Source: Chrysomallon squamiferum (Eukaryota; Animalia; Mollusca). Taken from it: a stretch of 64,000 bases of DNA. The notes under the pieces are model-generated. The model saw only the letters and a list, made by a program, of their open reading frames with translations. It had not been told where the DNA came from and searched no databases. Positions 1-30,860 of this stretch are shown piece after piece. The translations under genes and the position numbers were made by a program. The stretch covers positions 15,562,001-15,626,000 of the forward strand of contig CM022668.1 in assembly GCA_012295275.1 (NCBI GenBank). Reading direction: 5' to 3'. How positions within the stretch are numbered: the stretch's first letter is position 1; the number at the start of each line of letters is the position of its first letter.

Positions 1-1075
1 TGATCACCTGACTGATTGTGTGGTTTGGAAGAGAGGCTGGACTTCGTGTCATGTTTGCTAGAGCTGTACTCCAGTCCTCTACAATAACAAATAACAAAGT
101 TTCTGTCTTAAAAGAAGATTTTTAATGAACGAAAGAATCATTAGTTTACTAATTATATTTTTATATTAATGGCTGTCAAACCATAACACTGGGTAAAAGG
201 AATCCCATAGTTGATATGTCACTTTACGGTGAGGATTTGATCAATGCATATTCCTACAGACACAAAAAAACGTGTAATGTTGATTTTGATAAAACAATAG
301 TGTTGCAATGGTCAGAACAGGAAATTGCCCTGCAAGAAAAACTGATCATGTCTCTTGATTAAGCTCAATTCAATAGTTTTATTTAGAAAATTATTATTTT
401 TAACAGTATTTAGTAAAAATTCCCAAATCAACAGTCAGCAAAAAACTGGATTCTTAAACAAATTTCAGTATTTTCCTCTGTATAAAAATAATTTAAAAAC
501 CCATTAGACTTCAACATAAAACTTTGTTATGTCAGTGAAGTCTGTATTTTCCACTCTATAAAGAACCCATTAGACTTCAGCATAAAACATTATCCTGTTA
601 ATGAAGCCCATATTTTCCACTAGATAAAGAAGGATAAGAAATGAACAACAAAAAAAAAAAATTAAAAAAATAATTAAAGAAATATCCTCACCTTTATTGA
701 CATTTACAAATGGTCCTTCCAGTTCTAACAGACTGTTAGCGAATTCTGGACCGCGGAGGTACGCAGGCTGATGAAGCTGGACAGTGCTGCCCAGTGAGGG
801 TTCACTCTCCAGAGCTGTCCACCAGTCTCCAGGATTAGACGTACCAGCTTGAGTAACAAAATGTTAATTGTAATTATACTACCATCTTAAATGTCAGATA
901 GATGTTAAATGTTCATCAGTATGTTGCTGGACAAATGATTTTTTGATATGGAGTATTGACTTGAATAATAAATATTTATTATAAATATTACAAATGGTCA
1001 AATACGAGTCCTTAAATCCTTAAGTGTGTGTGTGTGTCTCTTAAATCCTTAAGTGTGTGTGTCTGTCTCTCCCCT

Positions 1076-1121
<46 letters not shown>

Positions 1122-2442
1122 ATATAGAAACACCAGTTAAACATACAAGAAAAACATAAATTGATTGCTGTCTCATACAGTGTCATCCTAATACAAAATG
1201 CATCAATGGAGAAGATGTAATAATAGATTTATCACCAGTCACATCTCTAGAAAGTAACTGTTATTATTTCTCACCTATAGACGAATCTCCCAGACCAGAT
1301 CTGGATGCTGTGTCATTGTCTTCTGGGTAATAACCATGAGCAATCTTTGCTAACTTGTTTTCCAGTTCTCGCTTGGCTCGCAGTAAGTTCTGAATTTCAT
1401 ATTCTTTGTTCTCTCGGAATATCTAGGAAGTTTAAAATTGAATGATCCTTAATTAAACATATATAATAACAACAAGAACAACAACAACAATAGAAATAAT
1501 AATAATGATGTTCATGACTGTGATGGAGACGATGATGATAATAATAATAAAAATAATAATAAAATAATAATAATAATAATAATAGTAATATATTAACAAT
1601 AATAATAAAAGAAGTAATATAACAATAATAATAATCATAATATAAAATTTGCATTTATTGATATACACAAGTCAAGTTTGTAATAACATTATTATTTGGA
1701 CTTCTTTTAATTTTTAATTTAAAAAATAAAATTTCCCTAATGTCATTACTGTAACCTCCATATTTGCATCTGTTGTTAATGTGTCTGAACATTTGCCACG
1801 AGGTCCTCTTTCAAACAAACAGTAATGTTATGTTATCTTCTAGCTTGATATTTTACCAAATCTTCAACTGTTGTTATAAATTATGTCATCATCACTTAAA
1901 CTGTTTTCGTGCCTTACCTTTCCATATGTCATTTTATCTTACAGTTACAGTTATTTATTTATTTATTTAGTTATTTATTTATTTACCTTAAACTGTCGCT
2001 GTACTTTGTCTCTGTCACTTTCGAAGGCTGCAGCTCTTGCCATCGCCTGTCTCTCAACATTCAGACACGCTTCCTTCTCGCTTCTCAGCTTCATGCACGT
2101 GTTCTGCATGGCCAGCAGTTCCGCTCTCATCCGTTTGTTCTCCATCTCCAATTTTTGTTCTTTCTTCTGCATGCTGGCTATTTCCTGTTCCTTGTCCAGT
2201 CGATACAAGTCAAAATCTTTCTTGATCTGTTCGGCTTCTGGATTCTCCAGGTCAAACGACAGAGCAGATCTCAAACTTCCACCTTTTGGTTTTCTACGTT
2301 CCGAACCGACGCTCCTCAAGCCCAGCTTCCCTCGAGGTTTCATCTCTATTGGAATTCGTTTAAGAACTCCATTACCATCCAGATCACTTCCCAAGATGTC
2401 GTCATCATCTTGGGAACGGAGAAATGAACCCCCTGTTCCCAT
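1..2442 (-). CDS. NPHP3: Nephrocystin-3, 5' part (gene continues past the left edge)
   Basis: Phase-consistent GT-AG exons 2442-1987, 1422-1275, 847-692, 78-1. Translation: MGTGGSFL...[18 protein letters not shown]|[24 protein letters not shown]...|...[39 protein letters not shown]|EDWSTAL. This matches the NPHP3 N-terminal coiled coil as I recall it (human ...[37 protein letters not shown]...). It has an N-myristoylation-type start (G2, S6). An acceptor at 2480/2479 implies a non-coding upstream exon. Confidence 0.93.
498..630. repeat. Two-copy 66-bp tandem duplication in an NPHP3 intron
   Basis: AACCCATTAGACTTC...TATTTTCCACT..ATAAAGAA starts at 498 and again at 564. Confidence 0.8.
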
Positions 2443-2497
2443 GGTTTACGTTTTAGAATATAAACTTCTGTTTATGCATCTGAAATTAATGATGATG

Positions 2498-2536
<39 letters not shown>

Positions 2537-2899
2537 CAACTATTCAGAAATATAAAGGAAAGTTCACACTGTCATGCAAATCCATTAATGGTATTATATA
2601 AATTTTATCGTCTGGTATGTAAATGAATAAATCATTAGTTTAACACTAAATCTGAAACAAATGTTTTCACGTAACGAGTTTAATATTAATTTCGAAATAT
2701 TTTGAAAATGTTTAATCATTAAAAGATCACATAAAGAAATTATAATTCTAAAGTTTTTGTTTATGTGGTGTTTTTTTTTAAATCATAATATCATAAATAT
2801 GTATTTACTTGTTTTCAAAATATTATTCGTCAGTTTCTTGCATCCAGAGGCATCGTCTACATATTCTTCGAACTCTCGCTGGCTGTTTCTAATTTTAAA

Positions 2900-3250
2900 A
2901 TAAATCTGGGCCATTACACTTAATAACAGTGTATTACCGGCATTGTTGATTAAAGTACCTTTATTCAAATGACACACGCCGTGTCAACGATAAAAACAAT
3001 TACGAAACATCTCTGAAAAACGGCATAAAAGCCAGGATTCTTCTGTCAAAGAACAAAACAAAAGCACTTCGGAAATTGTCGCAGGGGAGATAATTTACAT
3101 TTGTGACAACTTCCGGTAAGAAGGAGAACATTAAAAGAAAACATTTAATATTTTAAGCATTCAATGAAGTGCAATGACTTGTTATTGTAGATTGGCATTC
3201 TATACCTGTTCCTTAATGAAGACATTTTTCGTCGAGATTTTTCCATGATC
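2900..3250. promoter_or_regulatory. Bidirectional promoter region shared by NPHP3 and INTS9
   Basis: Divergent genes with locally higher CpG. ETS core ACTTCCGG at 3109-3116. Plus-strand donor CCG|GTAAGA at 3115/3116 feeds the acceptor at 3743/3744. Candidate minus-strand donor AAG|GTACTT at 2959/2958. Confidence 0.6.
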
Positions 3251-3483
3251 TGTATTTTTTCGACACTAATACAAGAATAATAACGTAAGGAAAAGTAAAA
3301 AAAATAAATAAAATAGATAAAATAATTACAAATAATTCCGTCACTTAACTTCTTTAATTCTTACCTTTACTCCTTTAGCTATGAAATTATTATGATTTTG
3401 TAAATACTTTTAGATTGACAGATTAACCAGGTTCGTTTTTAAATATTCTAGTCATATTTTTTTAACCCCTTTCTTTCTTTCTT

Positions 3484-3514
<31 letters not shown>

Positions 3515-3795
3515 TTAGCCAGATTTTCTACATATAATATAGATTTTAACAGATTACAGTTTAATTTAATAAATGTTTCTATTGTTAATGTTAGTATGTT
3601 ATACAGCTATAATTTCTATCAATGAACAGGGTTTCTATATCAAACATTGATTTTTACTACTTATATTATACTTACCTTTTATATAATTCTTATATTCTAT
3701 GTTTCTTCTTATTTATTATTATTATTATTTTTTTTTTTTTCAGCTATTGCATTCAGTTTCTAATCACAGAAAGAAGAAAAATTTCCAGAAACACT

Positions 3796-14361
<10,566 letters not shown>

Positions 14362-14640
14362 CCTCATTAATGCACAAAGAGACTGTTTCATTAGTAAGAC
14401 TTCGACCGTATTTTAATAAATGACTGAAATGTCTACAAAAACTTTGACCTAACTTTAATAGACAATTCTTTGACAGTTCTTAATATTAATGTGAGAAAAT
14501 TCAGCATATTTCCTCTAAAGACTATTCAAATGCAAAACTTTATAATGATCATTGGTTTTGATTTCTTCCAAACTTCTTGGGAAGTTACTTCCATTACAAC
14601 TGTGGAATGTCCTTTATCTGAAATTTTGTTTCTCTAAAAG

Positions 14641-15184
<544 letters not shown>

Positions 15185-17259
15185 TTCATTGATTGAGATT
15201 TGTAAATATTAAAAATCAAGAAATAAAATAATAAAACAACTCAGTACAATCATTTATTAATTTTTTATATTATTATTTTTAAAATGTTTTACACATACTA
15301 AATTATTTTAGAATAATAAAAAATTGGCAACAAAAAATTGAGACTAATTATTCAAATATTGCAAAAATACTTGAAATGATCGTCAAGTGACCTAGTTTAA
15401 TTGAACAAATTTGATAATGAATTGCTAATACATAACCATTTATTTATCATTCTCTCACCTGTAACATACGTACAATAAAATAAGTGAAATTTCAATTATT
15501 TTTCTCTCTTAACACATACACACAATTTAATTGCTGTTTTTTTTTTTTTTTTTCTTTTCAGTATTTCAGATGTCATATATAACATATTGCAACATGAATT
15601 TAAAAAAAAGTAATATATTTATGTTTAATAGAAAGCTAAGCATTATGTGACAAAATTAACTATGTAAAAATTAACTTCAAAATGCATGAATTTTGAGTAC
15701 AGAATCTTGAAAGTTTTAAAAGGTATTAGTCTACGATCAGTTATTCAAACTGGGAAGGCAAAACAAATCAGAAAGATTTAAATCCTTAATATTTATCTAA
15801 ATTAATATAAAATTTTAAATTATAATGAAAATAATTAAAGCTCAAATTATCAAAGCTAGCAATAGATTTTTTTTTTTTAACAAAATTAAAATTTTAAATA
15901 TAAACATTAAAAATTCATCTAAGATGGGTTCTTATAAATAATCTGAATACATTTTGGATACCTCCAAATGATTGTCATTTATGAATACCAACCTTTCTTA
16001 ATGTCAATAAAACAAGGAAAAACAGTTTTAGTAATAAAGTAACAAATCTTAAAATGATGGTCAATTGGTGTTGTTTTCACTTCATACTCAGCAGTGCAAA
16101 ATATCCCTCACAGACTTAGCCTATCATAACTATCCAATGATTTATTTATATTTATATTATTTATATATTGTTTTATTAGATTTCTTTTTCACAATTAATA
16201 TAAAAAAAAAAAGAAGTAACAATTCTTCTTAAGCTCGCTATTTTATGGACAAACTTTATTTTTAGCAAAGGTTGGTTATGGTGAAATAATACAACAATAA
16301 AACGGAGGTATACAAAATGTATTTAGTCCGTTAAAATGTAAATAGACAAGAAAATAGACCAAAAAACCCTATAACAATTTTATATATATATATATTTATG
16401 TATATTTAAAGTGATGAAATATAAGAAATAAAATTGAGTATTTACAATGTCAATTTTCAAAAATGTGTATATAAAAGAAATTAATGAAAACAATTAATCT
16501 ATATTTAAAATGATTTTGTTTCCTTTTTCACTGGGAAAATACATCAACATTCATTCAGTTTTATTAAATAATTAATTTAATATTATATTAAAAATATTTT
16601 TACAAAATATATTTATGAAGGAAAAAGAACCCAACAACATACATTCAACATCTCCTTGACTTGGAATTATAAATTTACTACAAGAATACACAAAAGAAGA
16701 TCAAGAGGTTTTGAAAACAACAGAAGTAAAGAAAAACAAAACTGACTGTCATACAAAGAAATTACAGTTAATTCAAGTTACATTCCAACTTAATTAGTTC
16801 TTATTTTACATGGAACCAATCAAACAAACAGGCTGAAATAGCAAGTTTTTTTTTTTTTTTTTTTAAACTTTTTGCTCAGAATCATTATACTCATATTAAA
16901 ACAGACAATGTACAGCTACTGTTATTAAAATAACATGACTTTACAAGACACAATTGTTGTAGTTATTAACATCATATTGCAACAAACTGGACAATGAGAC
17001 ATTTGTGATTTTTTTAACAAAGTTCTAAAGTAATAATATTAACAATTCATTGTTAGTGCATTTGACTTAATTTCTGATTATATAAATTAAAAAAAAAAAA
17101 GTTAAAACACTGCAATCTTACTAATTTCTAAATTGTAAAAATCTAATGGTAGCTACTGGTAGAAAAAGCTGGATGTTAAGCAATTTAATCTGAAGATTGG
17201 TTAAAGACCAATAAACATTAGGCTTTTTTTTGGAATACTGATCTCAATACTGCAATGTA

Positions 17260-17297
<38 letters not shown>

Positions 17298-18842
17298 TTA
17301 AAATCTCTATCAGCATATTTTTATTTTTATTACAATTTCAGATCTTTCTTTACATTCAGAAATCATTATAAATTTAAAACGTCATGGAATTAGTTCTTTT
17401 GTCACAGATTTGAATTAACTAGTTTATTTACCAGGTTGTACATTACTAATTATTATTATTATTATTAATAAAATATAGACAACAATTCACTGGGACCACA
17501 CATTAACAACAGTAACAATGGTAACAAGACTTTTCAGATTCACCGGGATTCTCAAACCTCTTATTAGTAAATTACTAATAAACCTTTTTTCATTTTTACC
17601 AGAGTCATGAAACCACTTTTATTTGGTAATAAATATTTCATGTACTGGATTCATTGCATTTTTGTTGTTGTTCAAAGTCATAAAAAATAAGAGTTAATTA
17701 ATGTATCAGGTGGACAATTCATCAGGATCATAAAAAAATATTTTTATTTGATAATAAATATTATCTGTTAAACATTAGATCGAGTTTTTAACAAACTATT
17801 TATATCTGTATCAATGCATTCATTATTCAGTGAGAGCTGTAAACTTACTGTTTATTGATTAATTAATTCATCTGGTGCCTGTTAGAAATGTGTAAACAGC
17901 AAATTACATCTACATCTGTGCATTATCAGTGAAATTCAGAAAGATCACTAGTTTATGATAGCATGGTGAATGATTCTTTGGCACAAAAAAGAGTGCTGTT
18001 GTTGCAGATGTTGTTGATGTTGTAAGCACATCATCCTATGGTACTTCTACATATACATTCACTCGGAATGCCCAATTGAAATTTAAATATTCTCACAACC
18101 ACATAGTAACTATCTTTAGTCAAACAAAAACAAATATGTTAATAAAATAAAATCACATTACTTTAAAGTGATAACTTTTTAATAAATGATTTCATTTAAA
18201 TAATTTTATCTTGTATCAAAAAAATTAAATAAATAAATAAATAAAAATCAAAAAATTTCAACATTTTAAAATCTAATTATTATGAATTCTGCCCAATTAA
18301 AGATGTACAGGCTGCGTTTAAATTAAATACAATTAATTTTTTCAGATTGTTTAAAGCTTAAGTTAACGATGCCCTTATTCACATACCAGAATATTCATCT
18401 TCATTTTGTCTATGCAGTTCCATTTTCTTTGTCCATATTTTACCATAATTCAATCCTTTAATTATTCTTCACAGCATCTTTATTTCAAAATCCATTTCCA
18501 TATTCATTAGCTGTAAAACGTCTTTGTCGATTTCAAACTTCCATGTTTATTTGTTTATTTTTTTATTTTTTCTGTTGAACTATATGCTATATACTCCCAA
18601 CCTCCCCAATCATTTTTCATTGTCAATAATTCCTATATCAAAATTGCCCAGCAATGAAATTTTAATTTTTACAAAAATCTCACTTTGTCAGTATAAAAAG
18701 AACTCTGTTGACAATGCGAACCACTAAACACAATGTAAATATTAATTTTCTAAAGAAATATATTTAAAAAAAAAAAAAAGTAGTATTAAGTTATTTGTTT
18801 GTCTCAAACAACACACACAGTTACTTCACTTTGTTAACTGAA

Positions 18843-24993
<6,151 letters not shown>

Positions 24994-25039
24994 TTTATCT
25001 CTTATGCTTTTAATGCAGTCACAAGAAAAAAGCTTAAAC

Positions 25040-25330
25040 AACTACGTGCTTGCACGCGTTCGAATCCATGAGAAGATGCTTTTTATTTCTTGCTGTGCTT
25101 GATGCCTTGAACTTTGACCTTTACCCGCTACAGTCGCGTCATTCACAACCACCAATCAAAATGAATGAAGGAACAAACTGTTTCAGCTGATGTCTTTGTT
25201 ATCTCCCTTCGCCGTGATACGTTAGGAGTGAATGTACACGTTATAAATCTTTCTTGTTATTCAAGTTTGATTAAAACGTGACTGTTGTCTGTTCGAAACT
25301 TTACAATGAATCGCGTGGTCAGTAACATTA
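25040..25330 (-). promoter_or_regulatory. Desaturase proximal promoter with DR1, NBRE and CCAAT box
   Basis: TGAACT-T-TGACCT (DR1) at 25108-25120 overlaps TGACCTTT (NBRE, AAAGGTCA) at 25115-25122. CCAAT at 25152-25156. CpG-rich, 50-330 nt upstream of the ATG. Confidence 0.6.
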
Positions 25331-25841
25331 TTAGAAACGTTTTCAAACTTAGTTTATATTCATAACAAATAACAGTTCAAAAGCCATTTCACTCAATAGT
25401 TCATTTTATTTTTGAAATCAAAATATTTTTTTTTTTTTTTTTATTGCACTGGAAACCAGTTTTTTTTGTTTTTTACATTACGTTTTCTTTTCTTTTTCTC
25501 TTTCTTTTGTTTTATTTTATTTTATTGTTAATTTTTATTATGTTATATATTACATTTTAGTTATACAGTACTGTACTTCTACGTTCTTCCCTACGTACGT
25601 AGGAGAATATATTTGAAATCAAAACAAATCGCTCATAAATCACTTCAAAATGTTATTATTTACTAAAATTAAAGTTTCAAATCAAGTAAGGCAGAAATAA
25701 GGAATATTTATGAATTGATGCACAAGTAATATTTGAAAAATATTTCTGATAACACTTTTGACAAAACATTAATCAAAATGAGAATTTTGTAGCAGAGAAT
25801 AATGCAATACTAAATTGTATAATTCATATATAAACACATAT

Positions 25842-25844
<3 letters not shown>

Positions 25845-25903
<59 letters not shown>
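25845..25903. repeat. (CG)n(CA)n microsatellite
   Basis: Directly visible. Confidence 0.9.
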
Positions 25904-25906
<3 letters not shown>

Positions 25907-26571
25907 TAATAATGTTAGGCCTACATAAAGTACATGTATTTATTTATTTATTTATGGGCATTTTTCAGCGATAAGACAAGGTGCAAAGTGATGATAACCT
26001 TGACGTCGACATTGTCAAAGGGTAAAAATATTTACAACGATGTATGTAAACCTATGTCAGTGATGGAAATGGGGGCTGTGAAATACTGGGGGGAGACGGC
26101 ATTTCTCTACATTTTTTTAATTTATTTATATCGTAGTATCATGTTAGTGACGTTATCCTTTGTCAAATTTTTGACAGTTAAAAGTACACTTGTCTGAGTA
26201 TGTGTGTCTGCGTGTGCCTACATATTTTACGCACATACATTAAGTTATCTTATCAAAAATCGAAATCACAATCTGTCTCCTTAATTAATAGTTGTACAGG
26301 CAATCATGCACGTTCGATAGCTAACCAGGTGGTTATGTGGTCACTCTATGGCGGTACAGTAGCGACAGCCCAGTTTTTATACTCTTTGCCTTCATCTTTA
26401 TCTTGATTCAGTTTAGTGTTTACATAATCTTCTTCAGTTATGTCATATTATTACAATAGGTCAAAATTATAGTGTATAATGAATAATTCAAAACATTTTT
26501 TTAATATTATTTTTTGAGAGTAACATATTGCATTTACAGAATACAAATTAAATAATTAATTAATTAAATAA

Positions 26572-26615
<44 letters not shown>

Positions 26616-26704
26616 AAATAAAGAGGTTAAGGCTTATATTTCTTTTATTACTTTATTGCCATTGTTATTGTTATTTATTTATTAATTAACTATTATTATT
26701 ATTA

Positions 26705-26756
<52 letters not shown>

Positions 26757-28469
26757 TGATTATCTGTTTAAATTTTAAAATATGCTACTGTACCATTCAA
26801 ACCACAATAACCAACAAAGACAAAATAAAACTAATAATAATAAAAAAAGCACACACATATATTACAAAATACAGTATTGTAAATCTAACACGTTAGCTGT
26901 ATTTATTTAGCATGTCTAAGTAATCTGATAGAACATGCAGTCTAATAATAAATGAAAGTCATACGAGTGATCTCCCCTGTCGCTTGGACGAAGACTCTAC
27001 TTCAAACAGTTTGGGGGGTTCAATAGTCAGAGTGACGTCACGTTATTATGTCGTGAAGTTACTTTGGGCACGCCTGTCTCTTAGTACTTGATATGATTAG
27101 AGGAGTTAGGTAGCAAGTGTTTTTGATTTATAACTTTTCAATCACAGTTACAGTAAATCTTTTCTTAGATATTTATTTCGAATAATAGATGAGTTTATTT
27201 TCCTTTTTTTTTTTTTTCTTTTCTTTTCTTTTTTTTTAAATTTAATTTCTTACTGTTTTACTGCTGTGATTAAAGTTCGACAAAAAAAAAAAAACGAAAA
27301 ACAAAACAAAAACAGTTCTTCTAAACTTGTATACAAATTAAATTAACTCAGATTACCTTGAGAAATGACATAATTACATAAACAGTAAAAAACAAAAGAA
27401 TAAAATATTAAGTCAAATAATTTTATCATTTATGACATACGTCTGTTTACAGTATTTTGTTAAAGACTGGTTTTTTAATTAGAAACAGAACATCAATGTA
27501 TACGTGTAGATGTTTAATTTTTTATTTCAATAAAATTACGAAAATGTGCGTCATACGTATTTATGACGACGTCTGCTTAAGACAATAAGTCTAAATGAGT
27601 TAATTCACTTAGGTATCAACACACTAATAATAATGTTCATTTAATCGCATATGACAAATTACAAGAAGCATGGAATCACTGATTATTAAGCCTTCAGAAC
27701 GTGCGATCATTTTATTTTGAGTATATAAATGTATATAAATTTTGAATATATAAATGTAAATAAATAAATAAATAAAGCAAAACAAGTTTATTTTGTGATT
27801 TTTATTCTTGTCCATATCGTCTGTACAAAATTCAGGGATGCATTTAAGCTTCGCTTAAACGAGTACTGCCATAAAAAGTACATTATGAAACTTGAAAATC
27901 AGGCTGCAAAACACTACATCAAAATCAATGGTGCAAATATACAAAGATATACACTTCTTTGTCATGGAGAGAGAGAGACAGAGAGATGGAAAGAAAGAAA
28001 AAAAAACGGAAAAAAAGAAGAAAAAGAGTACAAACAATCCATTAACCGGGTACATAAATAAATATCTAAATAGCTTATACTTAGACGAAAAAGAAGTAGA
28101 GAAGAAGAAGTTATTGTGCGCATACGTATGCGCAGGTAATGCATCACGTGACTTCTAAACAGTAAAAAAAGTACAACAAATGTGTCAAACACTGTATGAA
28201 GGTAAATATTAAAAATGGCGGTAGACATAGCGCACGTCACAAGTCGTGGGACTAGGGAAATATTTACAGGAATTTATTTTTATAGAAAATATATATAACT
28301 TTCTTATAATTATTATATCTTTCTTTTCTATATATATTTTTTTATTTTTAAATGAAGTAGAAAAGTAAACAACACAAATGATAGGAGTATGAATGGCTAG
28401 GCCGCCATTAATTGTATATTATTATTATTATAATTATTATTATTATTATTATTATCATTATTATTATTA

Positions 28470-28525
<56 letters not shown>

Positions 28526-30410
28526 TTTCTTCTTTTACAGAAAGGGATATAAATTAAGGCAATATAATTTACGTTTTTGAAACAAATGGGATTGATCCAA
28601 TAAATATTACTTTTCGAACAAAGGCATATTAATAAACTTTAATAAAATAATGTAAATTTAACGCCAGATCGTGGAATTACATATTAAACATTCCTGCATT
28701 CTGCTGAGGCTTATTCTACACTTTTTACATCCGTTACTATGGATACCGGATCATACATAATTTCGTCCATTGATGTATCCGTTTTTATGAAACAGTATTT
28801 ATGAAAAATATTATGTCTGATTAAGTATTTATGCACGCTGAATCACAGTTAAGAGAAAATTATACGAGTCGGGATGATTAATAACGCTACACCATCGTTT
28901 TATAATCAACAAACATTTTCTGACGAGACAGTAATAATTATCTATTAGATTTATTTACGTCATGTCCCTATGACGTAGACAATAACAACACGTTGTTATC
29001 GGAAACATATGACGTAATTAATAAATTTTTTTTTTTTTTTTTTCATGGTTTTTTTTTTTTTTATGACATATTTTATCAGGACACATTCGTTTCAGTTGTA
29101 TATTACACAGATAATGTAAACTGTTTCGTCACAATTACGTATGACGTAATTAACATTATATTATGCAACATTCCAAGTTACTGCTGAACTAATTTCGAGA
29201 AACTGGGTCAGGATTTTAGGCAGAATGCGAAATATTTAACGTCAACATGTCTTTAACAATACATTTACATAAATATATAGCAGATTTCTCTTTTTCGTAA
29301 TAACATCATGTTCCGTGAAAAAATAAATGGAGATAAATGCACTGAAGACAGAGAATAAATATATAGTTTCATTTCTAACAAAAGTCTTTAAATATCATGA
29401 AAAAATTATCAAAATAGCACTTTTTTTTTTTGTTCATAGTCATAAACATCGTCATTAACTTCAACATCGCCATTAACGCTGCCGTCATCCTCCTCAAAAT
29501 AATTAATCAACATACTTTACTCTCATCATCAACATGAACACTACCATCGACGTCATAGTTATTAATATATTATCACATTATATATATAAAAAAGAAACAC
29601 AGTCATTTTGAAAATTCTTTGAAAGGTAAGAAACGGATTATAACAATGAGAATAAAAAATTTAAAAATCACACGATGATGTTTTAAAAGTGAAAAATATA
29701 AATAACAAATATACATTAAATATCCATTAGCAAAACACGACATATTATGCTTATCGTAGAATATCATATATGGTTCATAATAACAAGGAATATCTGTATA
29801 CCCCTTTCTTTTTCTTTTTTTTTTTTTCTTTTTTTTTTTCTTCTTATTGTTGTTGCTGCTGTTTAACTTTATTTTCAATTTTTACAAAACATTATAAAAA
29901 TGAAAAATATTTCTGCAATATTTTTTTTCTTCTGCTGCTACAAATATACAAATATAACTTTTTTAAGTACAAAGAGGATATGTGTTTCATTATTAATAAT
30001 AAAATGAAATTAAGATATTTCAGAATTAAGTACCACTGCGTATTGCTAGTCATTCCTTCGATACTAGTAACAAATGAGGTAATTAGAGTTACCGTTCTTT
30101 ATTTCTAATAATAACAAAAAAAAAAATTAAACTCGATATTCAACAGATAAAACCATTTACGTCCTTCTATACTATTCTGTACATCAAACTACTTTAATGA
30201 TATTGAATAAAGCGAACGAATTTAATAACCGAGTTACTTCGCAGTATTTTCCTATAAACCATTAATAATTTTAAATACTATGTTTAATTCTTATTCAGTT
30301 TTGTCATTATGTACATAATGACGTCTGCCATTAATTTCAAGGAATACAAATGGTTCTTAGCTTTTGTACATCTTCAGTTATTGTAGATGTATTATGAGGC
30401 ACAGTTTAAC

Positions 30411-30450
<40 letters not shown>

Positions 30451-30826
30451 GGAGTAATGAGTATATACGTACATTTATATGTAAATATTAAAATAGTTAA
30501 GACTGCAAATAAATAAATAAATAAATTAATTAATAAACTTCTGTGTCTAAGAAAAAAAAAAGCAACAACAATTAAAATGAAGTCCAAAATTGAACTTCTA
30601 CGAGTATTTAAAGGTTAAAATAAATTCACCACACTATGTAACTAAAGTAACAACATGGAGTTAATTTACATAAATAATAAATATGTATAAACACAAAAGA
30701 CAGTAATTAATGATTAGAATCATACATCTGATAAGGCAACGTCATATCGCATCTGTACTCACCTCACACAAAACTGGTTACAACGAGCAAAATAACTCTA
30801 TACAAACTGAGTCGGGTTCAGCCCCT

Positions 30827-30860
<34 letters not shown>

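Noticed and set aside
1883-2626. 247-aa and 172-aa plus-strand ORFs
   Set aside because: Antisense shadows of the NPHP3 coding exon, extended by repeats.
24994-25041. Longer desaturase N-terminus suggested by the ORF track
   Set aside because: It starts at TTG, a bacterial-style call; the first in-frame ATG is 24993 and gives a normal-length protein.
25564-25603. Short palindromes TACAGTACTGTA and CCTACGTACGTAGG upstream of the desaturase
   Set aside because: Low-complexity self-complementary words with no further support; could arise by chance or slippage.
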